Shown: piece after piece, positions 38,401 to 46,560 of the stretch
How the letters are laid out: each line of letters opens with the position of its first letter
Position numbering within the stretch: position 1 is the first letter of the stretch
Source of the DNA: a virus
Virus record (IMG/VR): IMGVR_UViG_3300037584_005429
Coordinates: 19,060 to 83,059 of that record
Strand: one strand, 5' to 3'
DNA length: 64,000 nt
Position numbers and translations under genes: made by a program
Notes under the pieces: generated by a model
The model's database searches: none
What the model saw: only the letters and a program-made list of their open reading frames with translations
Told to the model about the DNA's origin: nothing

Positions 38401-40388
38401 TTAGTTAAAGCTCTATAACAATTTCCATCTGGACCATATATAAACTCTCCTGTATTAAATGTTTGGGTGTTATCCCATTGTCCCGCTACACCAATACCAC
38501 CCATAGGTGAATAAGCGTTGAATGGACTATATGGGTCAGCACATGGTAGTGCACTACCTGTAGGACAAGTTACACAGTCTGGTGTACAGGCTTCCCAAAC
38601 ATGTACATCTGTACCCCCAGTAGGGTTAAGATAAACTCCTTGGTATAACTGATGTGGTAGTATTCCAGCAAATGGACTATTACCGCCCACATTACTTGTT
38701 TGTACTATATCTGTTACTGCTATATAACAACAACAAGATTGTGGTGTAACATCATAAACTATATCTCCTTTAACATAATCTACAAATGGTGACCAATTAG
38801 GTGGATTAGCAGGTGCATTAGCTGTTATAGTTTCTACAGTTAAAGTAACTCTGTCAATATATTCATCTTTTGTTAAACAAAATTCACAAGTTTCTTCAGG
38901 GCACTCAAAACAATCTTCACCACCAAAAGCTAAAGAATTTAAACCACAACTAGTAGCTACGAAAATAGTTATTCCATTTCTAAAATCGTAAAAATCTATT
39001 GGTGTTTGTCCATTAGCTGAAGATATCGTGTATCCCGTATATTGTACATTTGCCGCAAATATGTTTCCAACCATACCTGCTGTTATAGTATTTGTTAGTG
39101 GGTCAACAACATCACCACCAACTGGTACTATAGTAAATAATTCAAAACCATCAGGTAAAAATCCTGGTGCTAAAGTAGATGGTGCATTACTATAACTTGC
39201 AAATATACCTACTGTACTTTCTGTTATACCAGTAACTTCAAAACATGGAGTTATATTAGTACCACTATATTCGTTTATATTAGTACCGGAATCCAATGGA
39301 TAGTAATTAGGTGTTCCTATGGTCCCATAAGTACCGTGATACGCGGTTGATGTAAATAATGGTGGTGGAAACACAGAAGGTGTTGGGTTAGGTCCACTTA
39401 CATTTACTTGATATGGATTACCTCCTGGTGTACTAGGTGATAAAGGACCACCCATACCCGCACCAGTAGGTGGGGCTGTAGAGAAGGGTTGAGATAATAT
39501 TTGTGTATACGTTAGATTAGGTACTGTTATTATTTGACTAACTGAAGTTGGTCCCCATGGACCATTATGTGTTATACTAATACTGTACTGTGAAGGATTC
39601 ACATATTCGTATTCACTAGTTAGAGAAGGATATTGTAAATCTTCACAACATGGATAGCCGTTTGCATTGAAGGGAACGGAACAGTCACATTCTCCCCAAT
39701 CAATTCTATATGATGATTTTTGAAATTCTTTATACGAACCAAAATCTGTTGTGTTATACACCTGTATTTTCATCCCATTACCTGTTGTATTAGCTGTAAA
39801 ATTAAAATTAGAAAATACTTGTTGTTGGTCTATTCTTCCGTCCCAAATACTATAATGTCCTATATCGTTATAATCTTGTGTTAAAGTTACTGGAAGTTTA
39901 TATAAAATACTATCTAAGGGGTCTAAACAACTACATATTTCTACACTTTCACCCCAAAACGCATTAATACCTTGTGAGTTTAATGACTGATTTATATTTG
40001 TATTAGTAACGTCATATATTGTAATTAAATCATTATAACTACCAGTATAAAAAGTTGAACCTGAAGTAAGTACTAAACCTTTAAACTGAACATAACTATA
40101 TCCATCTGGGTTGAAGCAATTAGTTGGGTTTGGACTTAACGGTTGGTCCCATAGAATTACACACGGATTAGTCGGTGAACAATCTTTTAATTCGGTTGGA
40201 AAACTAGACATAACACTACTATCTATAGCATTCATTATTTGAGAACCTGTTGAGTTGTACATGGTTATCCCAGAACAATTTGTACTAAGGTTTATTGGAT
40301 AAAAATTTGTTCCTCCAGTACATGGCATTGTCCAAGTACTTCCAGTATCTGGGGTACTTCTTCTTATTGTAAACTTTTGTATATCCAT
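32451..40388 (-). CDS. Giant Cys/Pro-rich repeat protein (putative tail appendage/adhesin) with PKD-like and CBM5/12-like modules
   Basis: 2645 aa with about 200 Cys by manual count, nearly all after residue ~490. YRIDWGE is PKD-like, W-x5-Y-xx-(G)D-x-V modules repeat, and there is no signal peptide. Lies in the baseplate block. Confidence 0.7.
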   Translation of the reverse strand: MDIQKFTIRRSTPDTGSTWTMPCTGGTNFYPINLSTNCSGITMYNSTGSQIMNAIDSSVMSSFPTELKDCSPTNPCVILWDQPLSPNPTNCFNPDGYSYVQFKGLVLTSGSTFYTGSYNDLITIYDVTNTNINQSLNSQGINAFWGESVEICSCLDPLDSILYKLPVTLTQDYNDIGHYSIWDGRIDQQQVFSNFNFTANTTGNGMKIQVYNTTDFGSYKEFQKSSYRIDWGECDCSVPFNANGYPCCEDLQYPSLTSEYEYVNPSQYSISITHNGPWGPTSVSQIITVPNLTYTQILSQPFSTAPPTGAGMGGPLSPSTPGGNPYQVNVSGPNPTPSVFPPPLFTSTAYHGTYGTIGTPNYYPLDSGTNINEYSGTNITPCFEVTGITESTVGIFASYSNAPSTLAPGFLPDGFELFTIVPVGGDVVDPLTNTITAGMVGNIFAANVQYTGYTISSANGQTPIDFYDFRNGITIFVATSCGLNSLAFGGEDCFECPEETCEFCLTKDEYIDRVTLTVETITANAPANPPNWSPFVDYVKGDIVYDVTPQSCCCYIAVTDIVQTSNVGGNSPFAGILPHQLYQGVYLNPTGGTDVHVWEACTPDCVTCPTGSALPCADPYSPFNAYSPMGGIGVAGQWDNTQTFNTGEFIYGPDGNCYRALTNVPAGIVPTATTNVSYWDYVGCVSWVCPPDLNNPGPYVCELISGSTPNSFTFYAGPGGCLTEYNNGNCPVDDRWHCPNQYNCDQPGCIQIDYTHPAYSAATYPFSVTFSSMTDCEDWCNPIAWSCTTPTSTPCCSEVSCAALPDADYYDIMTNYILANPQITANNNQLFLDPFYTLNDCENGVPGQGISACCDFTAWEYFCDQGCVQIVGGTYATSGDCASDPNNNNGIPGPCAWLCYDPWVQPCSGGTGFPGSSTCIPCFTPGCGPYTTSAQCCTYCVPPLTSCWVCLSGDATPCQQLSPCPTPLPAWEATWAINPANVPLSGFGANPNPIDPGLLALYPNGSYATAQLCDDNCPTDGGHDCLVNLTDGSSYGNCQNYSNPATLPSGWGWSPGGPYDSFSACCMATGCCDIECDEDSQIFNPASGQYDPSWPYWPCVYISVVGANPPCSPLGPIYCNFTQCTTDNPTGCVPDEVTCECACDPFTGGIGVDQGEWDSVYNAYELYDYVSWQLGSPDVCCYYCDTPIYSNPYPGGFYDCNYFIPGGPDAPNGTPNTWISCGSTPSGATAGIGFGCDPCQQVSGDTYSCDFFNGCTLNVVPCNYVFGQEAANNCYTASTCMDHCKAGCFCDDNGTPADPTDDFTDCVMLQDVINGVTTNTSSWYGFISVFQCQQGILAPPPNNLDCCSGATSKFHCDDTEWCSSLSPCVAPDGCGCIEVFPGDPLYPSAAYTTLADCQENCKWACDASSTGGQCQFVGSNPLGLFPEHTSAFDCWANTNNCNCTAPSVYFCDTNPGQSATTTNCFPETTIQGWITTPPFPGWTQNQVFGQQGNATPYPAGATGFASLSDCQAACRFCCDTTVSCLCDLNPYNFSCAISIGDCISLQAQYPCCPQSTEYCCHATDGCISFVGTMPSDCVHGPFSNPADCQDECNFVCGECKPDLGAIAQPDPCHCSLITIPFLTANPPYLGCTAYNTMSACTTNSYPLGGVGSDNTTCCPCNDCLTAGNVTFPVIDASGNWSLSSVNIPTPIVGSTISAPTWTPGVMYNIADVVTHCDSANTCCCYVMVYDQYDPALHSGMNPSQWYNEYSNFLAANVPNTFPGGQTNGGYPMWVPCDTSCPTTAATTMFECIEGGNLTNSCVTAGNYFLTNADAISVGTTLPMASMSFYMMWIAANPAYHNVPFTGIKVEGNGVVGICITPNGPGTSWRSVGLALGGCPNDAAVDAAIGGGIITTSYADWVAQSTAVGVPGVSLGNSHQQNSTAWQTHCGASNTEGGQNWGGTMGGYNYCCPEYCNCTIAPCYCQPCVTGPNCIYNDLFTCNIAANANPCCQPPTTGYYVCNTGNPDPGTGICPCIWDANATVGYNTLASCTADTTTCCYIPETWSCKGDNTVSSAWTGWNIGVGSNLPYVNQPNGLGLTQSYSNAFTVNPSDASLLLPLGYSNAQVNAIVNAGFYSNAGTALQVLLLKHRAAGYNVNNSTSIPGTNWPAYQTDWVNFVGGTQVDPYGANPGLALTPGCFEETNLNGPGNTYRLKKSKIEFSHPDMMSFTTPSYYHFMWNIAQGCVTPPTWNDLYNPAQGAAGNPAYSPDGFLINLLTVSSKIANDPNTPCNNAPGCSSNSNLCIDVTSSNICRPPCQCAPDPSGIYPSLLDCQQAFNCCEDPTIPDTFDCVNCPGPCNCVDPGNGMGQYTGPTALQDCLADCVDPLLGCDDCDVTLGSLLTGPVNYLGPWSPAALYNINDCVFDPTDGDCCYCCVPAGPSPAGANPYAPESLQSLLFSVSAPARCKDGQPEPSSIVGQNIGGGMWLPCNVDANNDPCVPSVSTECEDCNITLNGYVPPTPVTFPHQSINPAYTSVPFQVGECIYNVDPTNINENCCWCCACELGWDSVLNKCKDPAQPVAPGGTTLQPANLSGSMPPPCQIVGMDPGTGDPNSGQFIVNNGTYHSMWLPCGVNSLNTPCGGANSSSSSSIQPTSSIDPFIQGPN

Positions 40389-40389
40389 C

Positions 40390-41253
40390 CTATGTTGTTA
40401 CGTATTCATAAAATTTTATTGGTCCATTGACCGTCTCACCTAATGGTGACAATACAATTCCCGTAGCTCCAGCTACTGAATTATATGGGTGTATAGTATA
40501 ATTATATTTAGGTGTTGTATTGTATGTTTCTATATTTAAAATTACTTGGTAGTAGAAAAAATCTTCAAAACTGTATTGTCCTTGTATTGGTGTCGGTTCT
40601 TGATTTAACATTCTCATTACAGTACCAGTTCTAGCATTAAAAAATTTACATGTCATGTAAAATGTGTTAGCTGTAAATAAGTCTCTATCTTTTAACCATT
40701 GTAAATAATAATTTTCATTTGCACCTTCTGGTGCTGAAGCGGCAGAAAAAGCTGGTGTATATACATCATACAATGGTAGATTTATACCTTGACTTTTTTG
40801 TCTCCAATACTCTTCAGGGTCTTCAGCTAAAATTACGGGTACTGTTTGTTTTCTACAGTTATTAGTAGGCATTATTGTTGAGAAGAGTAGTTTTTGTTCT
40901 TCTCTTACTGGTACATCGAAAAAATCAAATTTAAAAAAACTTTTAGTAAATGATTGTGAATTTCTAGCCAGCTCTCCATTAGTATAACCTAATATATTAA
41001 AATCATTGACATAAGTAGTATTTAAACTATCCCAAAATTCAAACTCGTAATATATTTCAAAGTTGGGTGGGTAGTTAGGTGTATATCTAGTAGTTTCATA
41101 ATCTTGTATAAAATTTATATTACTTTGTAATTCAATTTCATCATACATTTCTAAAAGTTGTTCTCTACCAACTTCATCAAATATTTGACCTAAAGGTACA
41201 ACTACTTTCTTATCTTCCGAAGAAGCTTTTATTTGTATTCTATTCACAGACAT
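40390..41253 (-). CDS. Putative structural protein
   Basis: 287 aa, aromatic-rich (SFFKFDFFD, FYMTCKFFNA), overlapping its upstream neighbour. Confidence 0.6.
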   Translation of the reverse strand: MSVNRIQIKASSEDKKVVVPLGQIFDEVGREQLLEMYDEIELQSNINFIQDYETTRYTPNYPPNFEIYYEFEFWDSLNTTYVNDFNILGYTNGELARNSQSFTKSFFKFDFFDVPVREEQKLLFSTIMPTNNCRKQTVPVILAEDPEEYWRQKSQGINLPLYDVYTPAFSAASAPEGANENYYLQWLKDRDLFTANTFYMTCKFFNARTGTVMRMLNQEPTPIQGQYSFEDFFYYQVILNIETYNTTPKYNYTIHPYNSVAGATGIVLSPLGETVNGPIKFYEYVTT

Positions 41254-43057
41254 CTACAAATTCTGAAACTACATTTATGCTACTAGAGCTATAACCAAAC
41301 ATTACAGGTTCTATTTTAAATTCTGTATTTAAATAAGGGTAATGTGCGTCATTTAAAAACGGATAACTAACACCATTATCCCCATCTTCAAAAAAATCTA
41401 TAGGCAAGATAGGTCTCCACCTAAAGGTACCTTCTGATAAAGAATAAGTAGCGTATGGGGGTGTTGTAAATAGACTATCTTCATAACTTATAGTTGTGGA
41501 TAATTTACGTATTGGTATTCTATGGTGTGGTTGATAGTTATATATTGATTTTACATATTGACTAGGTATAGAGGTATTGGGGTATCCCGCAAATTCATAC
41601 ATAGCATCTCTATTAAATTTTAAAGAGTGTTTGATTTCTGAAATTACTCTTTCTTTTAACTCAAAGGCATTGTATTCAACAAAAGCACCTCTATAGGTAG
41701 TACCACTTAAAGGTAGTGGGTCTAAACCATTAGTATTATTTTGAAATAGGTTTGTGGGGTTTGTATTATTATCGACAAATGGGTCTATGAATCCATTATG
41801 TCTAAAGTTCCACTCCCACCCATATCCAGTTGGTGAGTTAGCGGGAGCCTCATAATGCCACATTAAGTTTCTATTTGTTTGAAAAATTGTTAGATATAAT
41901 TCTGTCAAAGGTCTATTAAGGTTATCAGAAAATTCTTCCACGTCTATATCAAGATTTATATTCCATAAAAAAGATTTAAAATCTTCTATAATTGCTGTTT
42001 TATCACCGTAACCATCAGGAGTTCTTCTAGATTTATAAACTCTACCTTTTTTATTATATATTCCATTTTCAAATCCAGTTCTATCTAATGTATAATCGGA
42101 TGAATTAGTTATCAATTTATGAATATGGGTACAATAAGTAGAACGTGTCTCATTAATATTATCTAAATTTATTATACGTTTTATAACACAAAAGGAATTT
42201 GTTGGTACGGCTGCTGGGTCTATACCTTTAGTGTATATGTTTAGGACATAACTTTCTGAATTTGCAAATTCATTACCTAGAAAATCTACCTTGAATATGT
42301 TTTGATTAACTGTATTTGATACATTATTTATATCGGAAGTAATTGGTACGGTTGGTACTAGGTTTGCTCCACCAAAACTATTAATAGACACACTACTTTG
42401 TAATTCTACAAATTCACCTGAAGATATTCCGTGAGGAGATGCTGTTGTTATTCTTATAGTTTCTTTTCCATCTGTCGTTACTACTTGTATACGAGCTGGT
42501 ATACCATCCCCACTATTAAAATTAATACCATCTGTACCATCACCCATACTAAATGACATAGTTTGTCCTGTATCACAACCTGAAATATAAGATATGTAAG
42601 CTACCCAATTATCTTGGTAGGAATCTAAACTACTAAATTGTGAAGCTGTTGTTATCCCATATCTATATGGTGGCATAAAAGTAAATAAATCTGATGGTGG
42701 TAAACCAACACATGGTGGTCCTGTCCAATAACCTAAACCTGGACTTGCAATCGCGGGGTCTGGACAACCGATATAATCCGGTGTAAAATACATGTATTCC
42801 AAAACTCTACTATCGTTAGTTACCCCAGTTATCTGATTACTATATAATATATCTATTTTACCATAAGGTCTATATGTTGTGGAGTATTCTCTTTCAAAAT
42901 CAAATTGGTCTCTTAGGTTAAGAACTAAATTTCTATCACCCTCTATCATAGCACGTTGTTCTGCTGTTAAAAAAGGTTGTAAACTAATATCTTTATTTTG
43001 AGCTCCCGCAAATCTAGATTCACCCCTAACAATTCTTATATTTTTTTTATTACTCAT
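41240..43057 (-). CDS. Putative structural (baseplate-associated) protein
   Basis: 605 aa. ITTASPHGISSGEFVEL resembles the 'T...HGL..GD.V' beta module common in phage baseplate and fibre proteins. Confidence 0.6.
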   Translation of the reverse strand: MSNKKNIRIVRGESRFAGAQNKDISLQPFLTAEQRAMIEGDRNLVLNLRDQFDFEREYSTTYRPYGKIDILYSNQITGVTNDSRVLEYMYFTPDYIGCPDPAIASPGLGYWTGPPCVGLPPSDLFTFMPPYRYGITTASQFSSLDSYQDNWVAYISYISGCDTGQTMSFSMGDGTDGINFNSGDGIPARIQVVTTDGKETIRITTASPHGISSGEFVELQSSVSINSFGGANLVPTVPITSDINNVSNTVNQNIFKVDFLGNEFANSESYVLNIYTKGIDPAAVPTNSFCVIKRIINLDNINETRSTYCTHIHKLITNSSDYTLDRTGFENGIYNKKGRVYKSRRTPDGYGDKTAIIEDFKSFLWNINLDIDVEEFSDNLNRPLTELYLTIFQTNRNLMWHYEAPANSPTGYGWEWNFRHNGFIDPFVDNNTNPTNLFQNNTNGLDPLPLSGTTYRGAFVEYNAFELKERVISEIKHSLKFNRDAMYEFAGYPNTSIPSQYVKSIYNYQPHHRIPIRKLSTTISYEDSLFTTPPYATYSLSEGTFRWRPILPIDFFEDGDNGVSYPFLNDAHYPYLNTEFKIEPVMFGYSSSSINVVSEFVDVCE

Positions 43058-46000
43058 TATATTACACTATCTGCTAGTTCTTCATCAACATATAATCTAA
43101 TGAATTTATTATAAGCTGTTTCTCCTGGTCTTAAACCAAAATAATAAAATAATGGTTGAGAAAATAACATAGATGGACCTGTATTTTGTGTCATTGGTGG
43201 ATACGCGTCTCCTGGAGTACCTGGTTGTGGAAAACTATTTAGTAAACCTACATTAGCTTGATAGTCACCAGAATTTATAGTTGGTGGATTACCTGATGGA
43301 ACTGTCCAATCATCTCCTTGTGATTGGTATGGTCCTGTAGTAAACTGCCAATCATTGTTTTCGTTACCAAAACCACCAGAACCATCAACTCTCCAAGTAT
43401 AAAAAGGTATTACTTGTGAACTACCAGATAAATCATAAGCTAAACAATCTATTAAATCTGCTCCAGTCATAATTGTTGGTGTGGATGCTGTAAATAAATG
43501 TGGTCTCCACTGTATATCGTATGCTGGATTTACATTAACAGCATAATCAACATAAGTACCACTATTAGCGTAACTGTTTGGTGTTGGGTATTCTATATCT
43601 TCTATGATTTGTCCTCCTGGAGGTGGTGCTCCTGGTGGAACAGTACAATCACAATTAGTGGTTGTGGTATTAGTTTCATAACCAAATACACCTAACATAC
43701 AATTTTGCATTAAAGCTTGTGCCATATCACCCCCTATTTCATCTTCTGGTCTAGCAAACAAATCACCTAAATTCATATTAGGTTCAGAAGCTTTAAGATT
43801 ATAAGCATCAGAAACTAAATCTGTTATATCTTGAAACGTTGTACTGCCTATTTGGTCGGTTACTGAACATTCTTGAGCAAATTCTTCGTCTAAACATATT
43901 TGTTGAATGCATTGATTTCTTGAACCCATATCAACTATGGTAGTTGGGAAATATAAGTGTCTATCCATATCACCTTCCGAATGATTATTAGAACTATTGT
44001 TACCTCCTCTAACACCATCTGTATCACCTATAAAACTACCCGTAGTAGATGTATTCCATCTAAATGGAGAACATCTATAGTAAAAAGTATGGTCGTTAGG
44101 GTGTAAATAAACTACTTTTTTACAATATCTCGTACCTGAAGTATCATAAGTGTCATTAGCCGCGTCATAAGATAATTTAGCTCTAAATTGGAATTGGTAT
44201 AAAAATCCGTTTACCCAAGCGTTTTCCCAAAAATAATTCATTATACCATTACATAACGCGGAAAATACCCTTTCTCTTCTATACCACTCTCTTATTACTA
44301 CTGTATTAGTATTAAATCCAGCACAAGCTACATTCATACAAATTGGTTTAACATAACAACCTCCACCAGCAGCTAAATCATTATCAGCGTCTGTAGAACC
44401 ACCTAACGCGTTTGGTGGTGGGCTAGAAGTTGTCGAATTGTACCCATATGAATCAGGACAACAAACTACATCTCTTTCAACACCAAAAGCATTAGTAGAC
44501 ACCCCACAATCATCATTACTCCAACCATAACCAGATTGTAACACAGCCATGTCTGCGTTTGCGTTTGTTCTACACATACAATCTTCACATTCAGGATATT
44601 TTTTTTGTCTTAATGTGAATAAAATAAATCCTGATGGTATTCCGAAAACAGTACATGCTGGTTGACAGGAACTAGACCAACTTAGTTGGGAACAGATGGT
44701 TGGTGCTGGTGGAAAGTTTAACATACTAGCTAACCAACTCCAAGCATTAATTAAGTTGTAAATAGTACAAACTACTGACATTACAACAGCGACTACAACC
44801 ATTACAATACCAAAAACAGTTGCTATAATACCTATTATTGAGGTTAATGCTAGATATATAGCGTAAGTAAAAAATAAGATGAATTGGTTTAAAAATATAA
44901 TAGCTTTTGCTCTTCTAACCGCACTATTAATTGGAAAAAACATTGCACTGGTAGAACATTGTTGGTCTTGTTCTGGTAATATTTCTTTTATACCTATAAA
45001 TTGTCTTCTACCATTATGTTTTACATGGTCATGAAATTGAGAGTATGTGTATACCCTATTAAATGTCATATCATAGAATACATCTTTCGCTCCTGGTATT
45101 AAATTTGCCTGAGCCCATGGGTGGTAGTCACTATATTCAATAGAAAAACAATACGGGTCATATCTTTTATTATTACCTGCACCATCAACTAAATTTTCAC
45201 CTATTTCAGGCCAATCCCCATTAATATCTGTATGTGGTCCAAATTCCCTAATTTGTGGTACTAGATGTGACCCACGTCTTCTTTGTCTAGCTGTACCAGC
45301 AGATTGTTCTGGTCTAACTCTAAATCTACACCTAGTTCTTGTAGCCACACCTAAGGATGGGTCGTTAGATTTAACTAAATTACCAAACTCATCCGTTATG
45401 ACATGGTCTAAATTCATAGGCATGTGAACTAAGAAAGAACCCGTTTCGTCTATAACCCTTCCACCATTTTCAAAATAAAATCTTTCTAATACCGGTACTT
45501 GACCCCCACCTGTACCAGAACCATCATAAGGCCAAGGAGGAAAAGCTGTTACGTCTTCTTTAAAAAAGGGACTATATCTAACACAATCTATTATACCTGG
45601 TTGAGTGGCTAAACTGCACAGTTCTCCCATATGTTTTTTAGGTCTACACCTTTTATTTACCGAATCTTTGTCTGTATCTGTAGCAGTACTACCCATAAAG
45701 ACAGCTGTTGGTTGTATTTTAACACCTGAGTTAGCTAAATCAAAATCTACTCTAGTTATTGATGCGTTACAAAATTCTTCATCACCCCAAAATGGCCTTA
45801 CGTCTATAGATTTTTGTTGACCTATAATTTGTGGTAAAGAATCTATCGCAGCGTCATCTCTAAATCTCGTACCATCAAAATCAGAGTCTGGAAATCCTAA
45901 TTGTTTAAAATCTTCAGGTAACATAGAAAAACATCCAATATCACTTAAATCCACATCCATTACTAGAGTTTGGTCACCTACTGGTACCCCATACAGCATA

Positions 46001-46458
46001 AAATCACCTGATTCATTACTTCTTGCTGTAAATTTATAATATTTATCATAAACGTATTCTATTTCTTGTTTTTCTAAAACTTCGTTTATGGTTGGAAATG
46101 TACCAACTGGAATATGACAATCAAAGTTTGGGTCTTTAGATAATAGATTGTATCTTTTTCCTGAACTATCAGTATCAAAAGGTTGTCTAAAGGGATATAA
46201 TTGTCTTATTACTGGATTTTTTTCGTCTTCAGTATCTATCGGTATGAATATTGAAACTTTAGCATTTGGTATTCCGTAACCACCGTTAGAAATAACCCTA
46301 CCTACTACAACACCAAAATCAGCACACATCCTAGTGTAAACTTCATTTTGTGAGAGAGATAAACTTAAAATTTCTAATAAGTCAAAATCTTGGTTTAACT
46401 CAAAACTTACTTTTTGGTCTTTTCCAACTTGTGTTCTTACTCTAATAGATTTAGACAT
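43057..46458 (-). CDS. Large baseplate-associated protein with a transthyretin/carboxypeptidase-regulatory-like N-terminal domain and an internal hydrophobic segment
   Basis: GVVVGRVISNGGYGIPNAKVSIF ... TARSNESGDFMLYGVPVGDQTL, and a ~60-aa hydrophobic stretch flanked by Cys clusters. Directly downstream of the gp6/J-like gene. Confidence 0.6.
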   Translation of the reverse strand: MSKSIRVRTQVGKDQKVSFELNQDFDLLEILSLSLSQNEVYTRMCADFGVVVGRVISNGGYGIPNAKVSIFIPIDTEDEKNPVIRQLYPFRQPFDTDSSGKRYNLLSKDPNFDCHIPVGTFPTINEVLEKQEIEYVYDKYYKFTARSNESGDFMLYGVPVGDQTLVMDVDLSDIGCFSMLPEDFKQLGFPDSDFDGTRFRDDAAIDSLPQIIGQQKSIDVRPFWGDEEFCNASITRVDFDLANSGVKIQPTAVFMGSTATDTDKDSVNKRCRPKKHMGELCSLATQPGIIDCVRYSPFFKEDVTAFPPWPYDGSGTGGGQVPVLERFYFENGGRVIDETGSFLVHMPMNLDHVITDEFGNLVKSNDPSLGVATRTRCRFRVRPEQSAGTARQRRRGSHLVPQIREFGPHTDINGDWPEIGENLVDGAGNNKRYDPYCFSIEYSDYHPWAQANLIPGAKDVFYDMTFNRVYTYSQFHDHVKHNGRRQFIGIKEILPEQDQQCSTSAMFFPINSAVRRAKAIIFLNQFILFFTYAIYLALTSIIGIIATVFGIVMVVVAVVMSVVCTIYNLINAWSWLASMLNFPPAPTICSQLSWSSSCQPACTVFGIPSGFILFTLRQKKYPECEDCMCRTNANADMAVLQSGYGWSNDDCGVSTNAFGVERDVVCCPDSYGYNSTTSSPPPNALGGSTDADNDLAAGGGCYVKPICMNVACAGFNTNTVVIREWYRRERVFSALCNGIMNYFWENAWVNGFLYQFQFRAKLSYDAANDTYDTSGTRYCKKVVYLHPNDHTFYYRCSPFRWNTSTTGSFIGDTDGVRGGNNSSNNHSEGDMDRHLYFPTTIVDMGSRNQCIQQICLDEEFAQECSVTDQIGSTTFQDITDLVSDAYNLKASEPNMNLGDLFARPEDEIGGDMAQALMQNCMLGVFGYETNTTTTNCDCTVPPGAPPPGGQIIEDIEYPTPNSYANSGTYVDYAVNVNPAYDIQWRPHLFTASTPTIMTGADLIDCLAYDLSGSSQVIPFYTWRVDGSGGFGNENNDWQFTTGPYQSQGDDWTVPSGNPPTINSGDYQANVGLLNSFPQPGTPGDAYPPMTQNTGPSMLFSQPLFYYFGLRPGETAYNKFIRLYVDEELADSVI

Positions 46459-46505
46459 CTTTTACATTATATATTAACCCAAAAAAGGTTTATGGTGTTT
46501 ATAAA

Positions 46506-46512
46506 ATAAATA
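46506..46512 (-). promoter_or_regulatory. TATTTAT motif
   Basis: In the 46459-46560 intergenic gap, 47 nt upstream of the ATG at 46458. Confidence 0.4.
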
Positions 46513-46560
46513 GTTCCACCATTAAAATTAAAAGTAAGTTATAGGTCAATATAGTAAAGT

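Noticed and set aside
32451-40388. Eukaryotic or giant-virus contamination explaining the Cys-rich gene
   Set aside because: The gene is intronless, on the same strand, 1 nt from the upstream phage gene, has similar AT-rich third-position usage, and shares its Cys module with another gene in the operon. Read mapping would be the final check.
19664-40388. Diversity-generating retroelement acting on the adhesin genes
   Set aside because: No reverse transcriptase and no near-identical TR/VR DNA repeat pair were noticed in the window.
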